Shown: positions 50,710 to 60,075 of the stretch, piece by piece
Position numbering within the stretch: the stretch's first letter is position 1
Layout of the letters: each line of letters opens with the position of its first letter
Assembly: GCA_032249235.1 (NCBI GenBank)
Contig: JAVVGF010000002.1
Span: 159,475-223,474 of the forward strand
DNA: 64,000 nt
Origin: Thermoproteota archaeon
Lineage (GTDB): Archaea; Thermoproteota; Thermoprotei; Gearchaeales; Gearchaeaceae
Reading direction: 5' to 3'
The notes under the pieces: model-generated
The model's input: the letters and a program-made list of their open reading frames with translations, nothing else
The model's database searches: none
What the model was told of the DNA's origin: nothing
Translations under genes and position numbers: made by a program

Positions 50710-51042
50710 TTATTTATTTTCTTCTTCATCTATTTTTCTTTCTTCAATTACTTCGATTAAAGATTTCTTTTTTGGAGTAGCTTCGTGTTCTAATTCTTCT
50801 CCTTCTTCTATCTCTATCTTACCTCCTTCAATTATTATTTCTGCACCAGGATACATTCTTTCAAGTTCTCTTCTAAGTTTTTTGACATCAGTGTTCTTAT
50901 CTGCTTTTACATGGACTTTTGTTTTACCTCCTGAGCTTACGACGCTTATTGAATATCCTCCTCCAAATTCTTGAAATGACTCAAATTCTTCAAAAATATC
51001 CTTGAAAAGCTCATCGAATAAGTCCTTTTTCTTTTTACTCAT
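50710..51042 (-). CDS. acidic hypothetical protein (resembles the N-terminal part of archaeal Hsp20-type proteins)
   Basis: DLFDELFKDIFEEF...GGYSISV. Confidence 0.6.
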   Translation of the reverse strand: MSKKKKDLFDELFKDIFEEFESFQEFGGGYSISVVSSGGKTKVHVKADKNTDVKKLRRELERMYPGAEIIIEGGKIEIEEGEELEHEATPKKKSLIEVIEERKIDEEENK

Positions 51043-51079
51043 ATGAAATGATTTATAGAAATTTATTGAAAAACTTTAC

Positions 51080-52507
51080 TCACTTTGCTTTAGCTATGTT
51101 ATAAAGAATTGTTACATAGGACTTTTCTAGAGTTCTTAAGCCACTTGTAGGACCTCCTTCACCTACTACTAAGTATTCATTTGGACTGTGAGCTAAACCG
51201 CCATGACCTAAGCCTCCTTCAATAAATGGCAAATTAAGCGGAGGATCATGGAACATTGAAAAAGGTGCGCTTCCAGCAATTGTTGGCCAGATTTCTGGTT
51301 TTTTGTTCATTTCTTCGATAGCTTTTATCAATGCTTGAACGTATTTGTCTTTGTAACTCATCCTTGCAGGATTGTATCCTACTTCAAGCATCCTTATTTC
51401 TATTTCTTTAAATCCATGTTTATCCAAATGCTTCCTTATCATTGGTAATACATCTTCAGCTCTCATATTAGGAACAAGTCTTACATCCATCTTTGCAGTT
51501 ATTTTATGAGGCAGAAGTGTTTTAGTTCCTTCTTGAATATAACCGCTCCAAATACCATTAATATTTAAAGTAGGAGAAAATAAATACATTCTAAGCGCAT
51601 CGATACCATGCTTATCATCAATGAACTGCTTAATTTGTAGCTGTTCTTTAATAGCTTCTTCGTCAAAAGTTTTCGCTAATTCTTTAAGCAAGTACTCATC
51701 TTCTTCATTCGGAACTGCTACTTTATCATAGAAACCTTCAATCAATACTTTATTCCCATCGCTTGTAGTCATCGTAGCTAAAGCATGAATAAAACGCCAA
51801 ACTGGGCTATCAATCCATGCTTTATTGCTTCCATGTATTCCGAACTTTGTAGGTCCTTTACCCCATTTTTCTCCTGACAACTCTAATTCGAAATAAACTA
51901 TTCCTTTAACTCCAAGATGTATTATTGGCTTTCCTCTCCTATTTTCAGAAGCTGTAGGGAAAAATAGAACATCTGCTTTCTTGAGTTCAGATTGATATTT
52001 TTGAATGAATTCAGGAAGATGCCTGCTTCCTAATTCTTCTTCACCTTCAGCAGCAAATATCAAGTTTACAGGTAATTCTCCTGCAACATCTTTTATTGAT
52101 TCAACAGCATTTAGAAAAGCTGCTAATGGTCCTTTAGTATTCACTGCACCTCTAGCAACAAGTGTAGCACCGAAAGGTGGCATATCGATTATTTTTCCTT
52201 CAAAAGGAGGTACAATCCATCCTTCTTCATCTGCAGGCATCGTATCATACATCATATAAACAAGAACAGTCTTTTCAGCATTAGCATTGTATTTAGCGAA
52301 AACTACAGGATTACCACTAGTCTCAACGAGTCTAGCTTCTGAACAACCTATTTCTAAAAACATTTCCTTAACTAATTCTGCACAATCTCTAACTCCAATG
52401 TTTAAAGGACTGACAGAAGGCTGCCTTATTAATCTTTGAACATGCTTTAAATGTTCTTCATATTTCGAATCTATTTCCTTGAATATTTTCTCATATAATT
52501 CTTTCAT
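51080..52507 (-). CDS. M20 family peptidase/amidohydrolase (dipeptidase-like) with atypical metal ligands
   Basis: QPSVS, YMMYDTMP, ARGAVNTKGP, EGEEELGS, AHSPNEY. Confidence 0.88.
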   Translation of the reverse strand: MKELYEKIFKEIDSKYEEHLKHVQRLIRQPSVSPLNIGVRDCAELVKEMFLEIGCSEARLVETSGNPVVFAKYNANAEKTVLVYMMYDTMPADEEGWIVPPFEGKIIDMPPFGATLVARGAVNTKGPLAAFLNAVESIKDVAGELPVNLIFAAEGEEELGSRHLPEFIQKYQSELKKADVLFFPTASENRRGKPIIHLGVKGIVYFELELSGEKWGKGPTKFGIHGSNKAWIDSPVWRFIHALATMTTSDGNKVLIEGFYDKVAVPNEEDEYLLKELAKTFDEEAIKEQLQIKQFIDDKHGIDALRMYLFSPTLNINGIWSGYIQEGTKTLLPHKITAKMDVRLVPNMRAEDVLPMIRKHLDKHGFKEIEIRMLEVGYNPARMSYKDKYVQALIKAIEEMNKKPEIWPTIAGSAPFSMFHDPPLNLPFIEGGLGHGGLAHSPNEYLVVGEGGPTSGLRTLEKSYVTILYNIAKAK

Positions 52508-52547
52508 AAAATTTCATTATTTTTCTAATTAAAATTGGTAAGCTATC

Positions 52548-52798
52548 CTAGAATTTATCTCCTTTCTGCTTTGGTTTCTCAATAACTTTTACCGCTTTAT
52601 CATATTGAAGGCTAGTATTAACACAATAGGCTATAATGAGTTAGTATCAAGTTGAACATTACTTAATCCAGAGTTTCTTGAACAATACGTAGTGCATCAA
52701 AACATGACGAAGCTATGAGCCTATTCTTGATTTCATTAATTATTTTTACGATGCAATCAATCATCCTCGCTAACATTATTAGGAATTACTACAGCCAT
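52548..52798 (-). pseudogene. degraded toxin-antitoxin remnant (PIN N-terminus-like fragment)
   Basis: Minus-strand fragments VQLDTN / IIAYCVNTSLQYDKAVKVIEK lie in different frames with stops. Confidence 0.35.
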
Positions 52799-53056
52799 GA
52801 ACAAAAATTCCTTAAACAAGGTGTGTCTCTTGAATAAGGAATCAGTTTTTTACAACGAATCTTTATCTAAAACTTTGGATAGCTTTTTTATAATATTCAC
52901 ATATTTATTATCATTGAACATTATTAAATCTTATTTTATTAAAAAAACTCCTTTATATAAAGTATATATCTTTATGATTAGTTTAAAGCTATTGTAAGAA
53001 TGCATTCGTTTTTTCTTAACCGTTAATTAAAACGAGTATTATTTAATATATAAAAT

Positions 53057-53269
53057 TTAAAGTTTATAAATTCTTCTCGCTTCATAAATTTCCTTTTTTA
53101 ATTCTTCTGCTTCTTCCTCTTTAAGTATTCCGAAATATTTTTCGATCTTTTTCCTTCGTAGACTTATAGACTCTTCTATTAACTCTTCTATTATATCGCT
53201 AAAACTTTTGTCGCCCTTAATTCTAGCTAATTTATTGTAAACATCATCTCTTATCATTATAGTTTTCAT
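53057..53269 (-). CDS. VapB-type antitoxin (DUF217-like), orphan
   Basis: MKTIMIRDDVYNKL...KSFSDIIEEL...YFGIL; no intact toxin downstream. Confidence 0.85.
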   Translation of the reverse strand: MKTIMIRDDVYNKLARIKGDKSFSDIIEELIEESISLRRKKIEKYFGILKEEEAEELKKEIYEARRIYKL

Positions 53270-53270
53270 A

Positions 53271-53293
53271 TATACTGTATATATCCTATAGGA
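53271..53293. promoter_or_regulatory. putative autoregulatory operator palindromes
   Basis: TATAC-T-GTATA (53271-81) and TCCTATAGGA (53284-93) immediately upstream of the antitoxin start. Confidence 0.45.
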
Positions 53294-53660
53294 ATATAAC
53301 CTTATCTATTTTAAAAATTTTCTTTGATTAGGATGGAGCTCTTAATAAAAAACTTTCCCTGAACTTAAGCTTTATTAAGGCTCTTAATAAATGGCTTATT
53401 ATAAGGTTAATTGTTTATTTATTCGCAAAAATTAAGTAATCTTTTCACATTACAAAAAAGAATTAATTTTTTGTTTGAGTTCTTCTTGAAGAAGTTACAG
53501 CTTTTGTATTCGGTACTTAATTAACGTAGCAGATTATGATTATTCTTACCTAGCGTGACTTCTAATTAAAATATTGAGAATAGAAAATCTAAAGCAAGAG
53601 TTCAAGGCTTAAAGAATTTTTCTTGAAAGGTAATTTGAATATTATTTGTACAGTGTGAGG

Positions 53661-53690
53661 CTTATATGTATTACAACTCTTATATTACAT
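53661..53690 (+). promoter_or_regulatory. TATA box plus tandem TRTATTACA operators of the vapBC pair
   Basis: CTTATAT about 25 nt before ATG 53691; palindromic TGTATTACA (53667-75) and near-copy TATATTACA (53681-89). Confidence 0.5.
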
Positions 53691-53915
53691 ATGAGTGTTA
53701 CAATATCTGTAAGAATTCCCAAAAAGCTCAAAGAGGAAATTAAGAAATATGGAATTAACATAAGCTATGTCGTAAGGAAAGCTTTAGAAGAAGAATTAAG
53801 GAAGAAGAAACTAGAAGAAACTAAAGAAGCTGCAAAACGTTTAGGAGAATTTTTCTCTAAGATTTCTGAGGAGGAGATTGTTGAATGGATAAAGACTTCG
53901 AGGAAAGAGAGATAA
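53691..53915 (+). CDS. vapB: ribbon-helix-helix antitoxin (VapB/CcdA-like)
   Basis: MSVTISVRIPKKLKEEIKKYGINISYVVRKALEEE; start moved to ATG 53691. Confidence 0.88.
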   Translation: MSVTISVRIPKKLKEEIKKYGINISYVVRKALEEELRKKKLEETKEAAKRLGEFFSKISEEEIVEWIKTSRKER

Positions 53916-54352
53916 AATATCTTATAGATGCAAGCTCAATAGCAATATTGCTCGGAAAAATAAAAGAGAAAGCTGTTGAATTTTTAGAAGAAGCATCTAC
54001 GTTGGATCTCGCAATATATGAGTTAGGCAACTTCATTTGGAAAGAATGTACTTTGAAGAAGATGATAAACCGCGACGAAGCTATAGACAAAATAAAAGAT
54101 TTAACTGAAATAATTGCGTTAATGGATGTCAAAAAGTTAGAAAAAGAAGATGTAATAGGTGTCATGCAAATAGCTTTAGATTTGAAATTAACTTTTTACG
54201 ATGCATCTTATTTACATGTTGCAAAGTCAACTGATAAAATACTTATTACGAACGATAGTGAGCTCTTAGATAAGGCTAAAAAGATAGGAGTGAAAGCTGC
54301 TAAATTAGAAGAGTTTCTAAAAACTAATAATATTTCTCCAGTTACTCGTTGA
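53885..54352 (+). CDS. vapC: VapC PIN-domain toxin
   Basis: YLIDASS, YELGN, LTFYDASY, LITND acidic tetrad; overlaps the antitoxin. Confidence 0.92.
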   Translation: MDKDFEEREIKYLIDASSIAILLGKIKEKAVEFLEEASTLDLAIYELGNFIWKECTLKKMINRDEAIDKIKDLTEIIALMDVKKLEKEDVIGVMQIALDLKLTFYDASYLHVAKSTDKILITNDSELLDKAKKIGVKAAKLEEFLKTNNISPVTR

Positions 54353-54477
54353 TTTTCCTCTCTTATTTGAGTCTTCATAAATAAACCATAAATTTGTTGT
54401 TTTAAACCAGATGAATTTTTGAATTCATAAAAAGATGCTTCATAATAATAGAATATTCTATCAAAGCGAAATTAACT

Positions 54478-55581
54478 TCAAAGTTTCTTAGAATACTCAG
54501 CTACTAAAGGATCAGATATAACATAATGTTCGTTTTTCTTTTCTAAAATGCCTAGATCTAAGAGGGTATTTAGAAGTCTTGAAATCTGTGCATTTTGCAA
54601 AGGCCTACCAAGCCATGCCTCAATTGCTTTCTTTATTCCTGACCATGTATCAATGCCTAAAGATATAGCTTTAAGTACATAAGCATAGTATTTCGATCTT
54701 TTGAAAACTTTATCTAATTCTTCTTCTACAAGCTTTAATGCTTTTTCAGTTGTTTCGTTTAATGCTTCTATAATAGGCTTTCTTGATTCTACAATTGAAC
54801 ACCCAAAATAAGTGAGCCAGCCTACGATTCCATCAACTTTTTCATATATCTCATGAAGAATTTCTTCATCAACTTTCATATTGAATTCTTCAAAGCCTTT
54901 CATGAGAAAATCAAGAGATTTCTTATCATCAAATCTTTCAAGCTTGATCATCTTAACAAATCTACCATACAAAGGACTTGAAGCATCGTCTAGTTTGAGC
55001 ATATTTAATAAAAGACCTACTTCAGATCCTGTTAAAACGAATCTTAAGTTGGGTAAGTTATCATAGGCATAAGCTAAAATATTTACGAAGTTTATTCTAC
55101 CTTTTCCTCCGCTAAAATTTCTTAAAACCTGTGCTTCATCGAACGCAACCACAAAAATATTTATTTCTTTATCCTTTTCTGCAAATTGATTTAATTTGTT
55201 GAGAATTCTTATAAAAGTTAATGATTCCTCACGCCAATTGAATTCTATTTTAAGTCCATAAGCTTCAATTCCTTTAAGAGTTTTAAGATAATTAATGATT
55301 TTGCCCCATCTAGATACTGTAGAAGAAAAAGCATCTGACAATAACCTGTAAAATGCTATTTTGCTGTAACCTTCTTCTTCTAACATTCTTAGATCTAAAT
55401 AAACGTAAGGAAGATCCAGCTCATTTAAAGCAACTTTCAATACAGAAGTCTTGCCAATTCTTCTAATACCTAATAAAAGTGTTAATGGTAACCTAAGAAG
55501 AGATTCCTTAAGCTCATAGATTTCTTTCTCTCTATCGAATAACTCTTTTCTTTGACTTTTAGGTCTAGGATCAAATAGCAT
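54478..55581 (-). CDS. archaeal P-loop ATPase (ATPase_2 family with C-terminal wHTH)
   Basis: MLFDPRPK, LFDRE, GIRRIGKTS, AFDEAQ, TGSEVG, DGIVGWL, YVISDP. An AAGTAA-N8-TTACTT palindrome lies at the start. Confidence 0.9.
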   Translation of the reverse strand: MLFDPRPKSQRKELFDREKEIYELKESLLRLPLTLLLGIRRIGKTSVLKVALNELDLPYVYLDLRMLEEEGYSKIAFYRLLSDAFSSTVSRWGKIINYLKTLKGIEAYGLKIEFNWREESLTFIRILNKLNQFAEKDKEINIFVVAFDEAQVLRNFSGGKGRINFVNILAYAYDNLPNLRFVLTGSEVGLLLNMLKLDDASSPLYGRFVKMIKLERFDDKKSLDFLMKGFEEFNMKVDEEILHEIYEKVDGIVGWLTYFGCSIVESRKPIIEALNETTEKALKLVEEELDKVFKRSKYYAYVLKAISLGIDTWSGIKKAIEAWLGRPLQNAQISRLLNTLLDLGILEKKNEHYVISDPLVAEYSKKL

Positions 55582-55756
55582 AAGTAACACCCATATTACT
55601 TAGTAACAACCCTGATACTTAAATATTATTAGAAGTATCTTAGTGTAGGATGATTTTCGCTTTAGCCATAAGTTGTTTAATGGTTCAGTGCGTTCGTCTT
55701 ACTCTTCACTTTCATCTAATGTAGATTGGATTTATTAATAAAAATTAATAAATAAT

Positions 55757-56176
55757 ATGCAATTGAAAATAGTTTTATTTGCCTGCGTTGAGAATTCATT
55801 TAGGAGTCAGATAGCTGAAGCATACTTTAATAAGTATGCACCAAACGGCTGGAAAGCTATTAGCGCTGGCACAAAGCCAGCAGATAAAGTGAATCAGAAC
55901 GCTGTTTTACTTATGCTCGAAGATGGCATTGATATAAGTCAGAAAAAACCTCAGCTTATGACAAGAGAACTTCAAAGAAAAGCTGACATAGCAATAATCG
56001 TATGTAGCGGCAACGAATGTCCTGTAGTCTATGCAAAACATGTTGAAGAATGGAATATTCAAGATCCGGCCAAAATGTCCTTAGAAGAAGCGAGAAAAAT
56101 AAGAGATGAAATAAAGAATAGAGTATTAGAACTTATAGAAAGAATTAAACGAGGCCAATTTAATCACATGCAATAA
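55757..56176 (+). CDS. arsC: arsenate reductase, LMW-PTP/thioredoxin type
   Basis: CVENSFRSQ P-loop, SAGT, resolving C-x4-C (CSGNEC), WNIQDP. Confidence 0.85.
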   Translation: MQLKIVLFACVENSFRSQIAEAYFNKYAPNGWKAISAGTKPADKVNQNAVLLMLEDGIDISQKKPQLMTRELQRKADIAIIVCSGNECPVVYAKHVEEWNIQDPAKMSLEEARKIRDEIKNRVLELIERIKRGQFNHMQ

Positions 56177-56568
56177 TAGAAATTTTATTATGCCTTCTCA
56201 AGAACAAATAAGGAGTTAGTTAATATTTACAACAAAGTTCTTATTTCTAAAAGCAAAGAAAAAGCTGAAGATATTAGAATTTTTATATAATGTATTATTC
56301 ATTTTAACTAATTACTTTAATGAAATCTTAGAAATCTATAAAAAGTTTTAGATAAAAAGTAAAGTTAAAATTTTGAATAAAGATGTTACTTGACCTTATT
56401 GATTAATTAAGAAACGGATATAAAGTGAAATGAGAATATAATTTAACTATATAAATACAAGGAATAAATTTAATTATTAAAATAACTTTTCCAAAATGTC
56501 ATGAGAAAATGATATAAGGGTCTCTCTAAAAGATAAATGAGAAGATTTCAAATTATACATGCATTATT

Positions 56569-57024
56569 TTACCAGAGCTCAACTATTTTTGGCGGTGTCT
56601 GACTTATATCACAAAGTGATACTATCATGATAGGCGCTGTTATTACTATCTCCCATGCTCCTCCTCTGCGACCATACTTGGGCTTTACTCTTCCTTGATA
56701 TTTAATTATAGCATAATCTATGCTCTTAATTGGAACGCCTCCCACTCTGTATTTAGGTTCCTTTGGTAATGCTAAAAGTTCCATAGCTTCTTTTGGGTCA
56801 TCAGTTAAGAGTGTAGTCCAATAGGTTCCATAGGGGTTGGTCGAAAATATCATCCTTCTTTGCTTAATAAATTCCACTTCACTATCACTGTTTGTATATC
56901 TGTAAATATAGAATTTGGTATCTAAACGTTTTATTTTATCATATTTTAAAATCAAACCTTGACTTATTTTTGGAAATATCCCAGAATTACTCCAATAATT
57001 ATAATCTGGAACGTATGACATCAA
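56569..57024 (-). CDS. putative ADP-ribosyltransferase-fold toxin
   Basis: YRYT...GTYWTT...EAMELLALP...PKY...GRVKPKYGRRGGAWEIVI resembles ART toxin tips of polymorphic toxins (strand-1 R/H, strand-2 Y/T, GG-x-x-E). Confidence 0.55.
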   Translation of the reverse strand: MMSYVPDYNYWSNSGIFPKISQGLILKYDKIKRLDTKFYIYRYTNSDSEVEFIKQRRMIFSTNPYGTYWTTLLTDDPKEAMELLALPKEPKYRVGGVPIKSIDYAIIKYQGRVKPKYGRRGGAWEIVITAPIMIVSLCDISQTPPKIVELW

Positions 57025-57476
57025 AGATTAGGAAGTTTGAGAGTCCTGCTTATTCTTTCATACATTTCCTTGAAGGCCTTTTCAACTTCTGACAATTCTA
57101 ATCTGTATCTCTTTCTTTCAGAAGGAAAATGTTCGACTTTTCTTTCTCCATTTTCTGACCATACATAAATTCTTTGCTCAGCCTCGAATTCAATTCCTAA
57201 GAATTTAATATCTTCTAAGTTAAGCGATATGTGTCTATTTCCGATACCAAAACTAACTATTACGCTAAAAGTATCCATAGGATATGCCTCATATTCTACA
57301 TATTGAATAGTCTCATTATCACTTTGATTCTCTTTTTCTCTATCAAAGGCTACTTTTAATTTTGTTGCGAATATTTTTGCACCTTTAGCTATTATGTCCA
57401 TTTTCTTACGATTATTAGGGTCGAGAGAAAAAACCCAGAAGTCTTCGTAATTTTCTCTTGAAATAGCTTCCTTCAC
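57021..57476 (-). CDS. hypothetical protein, putative antitoxin/immunity partner of the ART-like gene
   Basis: 151-aa ORF translationally coupled (ATGA overlap) to the downstream ART-like ORF. Confidence 0.6.
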   Translation of the reverse strand: MKEAISRENYEDFWVFSLDPNNRKKMDIIAKGAKIFATKLKVAFDREKENQSDNETIQYVEYEAYPMDTFSVIVSFGIGNRHISLNLEDIKFLGIEFEAEQRIYVWSENGERKVEHFPSERKRYRLELSEVEKAFKEMYERISRTLKLPNL

Positions 57477-57764
57477 GAATAATAAATATTGTTTAATATA
57501 TAAATTATTAAATCATTAAATATGTAGGGTAATGTATTCTTAAATCTCGAATGTATAATGCTCGTAACCATGATTCTTTCAATCCTTTTTTATTGAATAA
57601 TAGTTACTTCTTTTGCATATTCAGCGAATTCTTCTTCATAATAAATTCAAGTAAAAGAGTTCCGCGATAAGGCCATGAGATTCGTATTTAACTACGCCGC
57701 TATTCTAAGCAATCCGCTTAGATAATTTGGATAATGATAATAAAAATTAATTATATTATAGATA

Positions 57765-58037
57765 ATGCATACCTTATTAATTAAGAATGTTTCTGATGAA
57801 TTATTGAAGAAACTCAAGAAAATTAAAGCTGAAGCAGGATGCAAAACATGGGCAGAGCTATTGGAATATCTTGTAAAAATTAGAGCTAATAAACAGATAG
57901 TAATAATAGATGAGAAATATAGAGAAAAAGCTAAGAGAGCTGTTGATGAATTTCTTAAAATGGGTGAAGAAGTAACAAGAAAATGGAAGGAAGGGAGTGT
58001 TTTAGAAGAATTCAGAAAAGCCAGAAACCATGAATGA
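57765..58037 (+). CDS. RHH-type antitoxin
   Basis: MHTLLIKNVSDELLKKLKKIKAE...TWAELLEYL...SVLEEFRKAR; overlaps the PIN gene start. Confidence 0.8.
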   Translation: MHTLLIKNVSDELLKKLKKIKAEAGCKTWAELLEYLVKIRANKQIVIIDEKYREKAKRAVDEFLKMGEEVTRKWKEGSVLEEFRKARNHE

Positions 58038-58481
58038 AAGAATCTTAACGCTTGATTCCAATATTTTATAGCTGCATTAAAGCGTGATGAAAAATACAGC
58101 AATGATTGCGCTAACCTCTTACGTAAAGCTATAGAATCTTTCATATTAGTTGAACCTAGTATAATTTATCAAGAAGTATGCGGAGTATTAGCTAGGAAAG
58201 TAGATATCGAAGCTTCAAGAAAAGCTGAGATATTTTTAGATACAATTCTTCATGATGATCTAATAATCAATTGTGATAAAAGTTTTTGCAAAGAAGCATA
58301 TACTTTATGTTATGAATATGGAATATATCCAATATATGCTTTATATCTTAAAACAGCCTTGAATTTTAACTCGATATTGATTTCTTTAGATGAAGAAAAT
58401 TTTATAAGAAAAATTAGAATCAAAAATCCATCAATTAAAGCTTATCATGTTTCTGAATTTAAAATTGATGAAATCATATGA
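58030..58481 (+). pseudogene. frameshifted VapC PIN toxin
   Basis: MNERILTLDSNI then stop. One T is missing at ATATTTTATA (~58061-70); the other frame continues IAALKRDE...YQEVCG...IYPIYALY...LISLDEE...AYHVSEFKIDEII*. The conserved Asp of DALY is also Tyr. Confidence 0.85.
58441..58469 (+). repeat. direct repeat R1, copy a (copy b at 59085-59112)
   Basis: CTTATCATGTTTCTGAATTTAAAATTGAT versus CTTATCATGTTTCTGAATTTAAATTGAT (1-nt indel). Confidence 0.9.
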
Positions 58482-58647
58482 TGGCTGATTGAAAATCTAA
58501 ATAAATGTATTATAGTAATTTAATGACACACCTACAGCCATCAAAATATATTAGTTTTGTAGGTAAATGGATATAAAAATTGTAATTCAAAGCCAATTAT
58601 AAAATTAAGCATTAATATCAAAATTCCTCGATTAGATTGCACAATAA

Positions 58648-59037
58648 TTAAACTATCTCAAATTCTATTGGAACCTTTCTTGGCTTCGGGCCTTCTGGAG
58701 TAAATATGATGTCCCAAGCATCTATTTCTGGTCTTCCTATGATCAAATCCAAGCCTTCCCTTAAATTTTCTGCAACTTCAAATCTTGCTCCGCCAGGAAC
58801 TTCAGCTCCTGGAAATGCTATATCGAGGTTGCAGTATCCTATAATTCTTAGCTTTCCCTCCTTATCAGAAGTTCTTAACTCATAGGGCTTTTTTAAAGGA
58901 ATAAAGGCTCCTAAATGTTCTACAATCCTCTTTGAAACTACACTTCTGCTAACTCCTGTATCTACAAGACATTTAAGCTTAACACTCTTTTCACCATATT
59001 TGAGTATAACTTCAGCAATAGCATGTTCGTTTTTCAT
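58648..59037 (-). CDS. retropepsin-like (clan AA) aspartyl protease, single domain
   Basis: LVDTGVSRSVV catalytic motif and DLIIGR. Confidence 0.85.
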   Translation of the reverse strand: MKNEHAIAEVILKYGEKSVKLKCLVDTGVSRSVVSKRIVEHLGAFIPLKKPYELRTSDKEGKLRIIGYCNLDIAFPGAEVPGGARFEVAENLREGLDLIIGRPEIDAWDIIFTPEGPKPRKVPIEFEIV

Positions 59038-59061
59038 TCTCTAATTTATATTCTGTTTTAA

Positions 59062-59112
59062 TTTAATATTTTCCTTACTTTCTTCTTATCATGTTTCTGA
59101 ATTTAAATTGAT
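59062..59112 (+). repeat. junction of R2 copy a (59062-59083) and R1 copy b (59085-59112)
   Basis: TTTAATATTTTCCTTACTTTCT + T + CTTATCATGTTTCTGAATTTAAATTGAT. Confidence 0.88.
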
Positions 59113-59170
59113 ACTTTATGACCACATATAATGTCTTTCTCTACAAGAACTTTCTCCGGATCGCCCTTTC

Positions 59171-59863
59171 TTATCCATATTTAAGATAGAGTATTGGCCT
59201 TCTATCAAGTTCGCCTATTTTTCTAAGCTTTAATTCGGTGGATAGATCAATGTTAAGAGACGTTGCAACTTCTAAGATTCCTTTAGCTTTATCAATGAAT
59301 TGTAATAACTTGTTTATATGACTTTTCTTCTTGAAAGACTCATCAACAGCTAATATTTTGAACATGTATTCAGATAAGCCAGTTGCGATAAGTCTGTATG
59401 CTCCTTCTAGATTATATGTATTGATTTTAAAATCCGTAGCGCGTTCTTTGAAATATTGATTAACCGCATCAAGCTCGCCTATTTCAAGCATTTTCAATAC
59501 ATTTTCTATTTCCATTCGCAATGAGGTAAGATCTTTAACATCGATTATGGATGGTTTAATCTTAAAGGTAGCCGACTCTATTTCATAATAACCTTTTTCT
59601 GTTAATCCTATTAATGGATTCCTTTTACCTATTCTTAGTATTAATCCTTTTGCTTCAAGTTTTCTTAAAGTATAATATGCTGTAATTTTATTTAGATTTA
59701 ATTCTTTAACAAAATCTAAGAAATATACAGGTTCACCTTTTTCTCTTAACCATTTTAAAATTTCAATTGGTGTAACCGTTAAGTGTTTTCCGTATTTCAT
59801 AGCTACCTCTCTTACTGAAAGCCATCCAGCTTTAACGTATACTTTTTGTTTTTCGGATATCAT
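59171..59863 (-). CDS. winged-HTH DNA-binding protein (possibly 5'-truncated by an in-frame TGA)
   Basis: ILKWLREKG...LNKITAYYTLRKLEAKGLILRIG...GLTEKG. Confidence 0.75.
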   Translation of the reverse strand: MISEKQKVYVKAGWLSVREVAMKYGKHLTVTPIEILKWLREKGEPVYFLDFVKELNLNKITAYYTLRKLEAKGLILRIGKRNPLIGLTEKGYYEIESATFKIKPSIIDVKDLTSLRMEIENVLKMLEIGELDAVNQYFKERATDFKINTYNLEGAYRLIATGLSEYMFKILAVDESFKKKSHINKLLQFIDKAKGILEVATSLNIDLSTELKLRKIGELDRRPILYLKYG

Positions 59864-60075
59864 AAATCAATTATAATTAATAGAAAAACAAGCATTCTTC
59901 TCTTTTGCCCGCTTATTAAGCTTTACTTTATTTTTATTAGTAACCTTAACTTGTTTTGCCATGGAAGTTTCTTGAAAAAATTTAAGTATTAAAATATATA
60001 AGCTTTTTAATTTAGAAGTTTATGAAAAATTTATAAAATTTAAATAATTAAAATACTTATTAATCATGATGATTC

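Noticed and set aside
52797-52997. 66-aa plus-strand ORF
   Set aside because: Low-complexity AT-rich sequence with no motif; probably spurious.
59867-59869. In-frame TGA as selenocysteine
   Set aside because: No redox motif context and no visible SECIS-like hairpin; it lies in a region full of pseudogenes.
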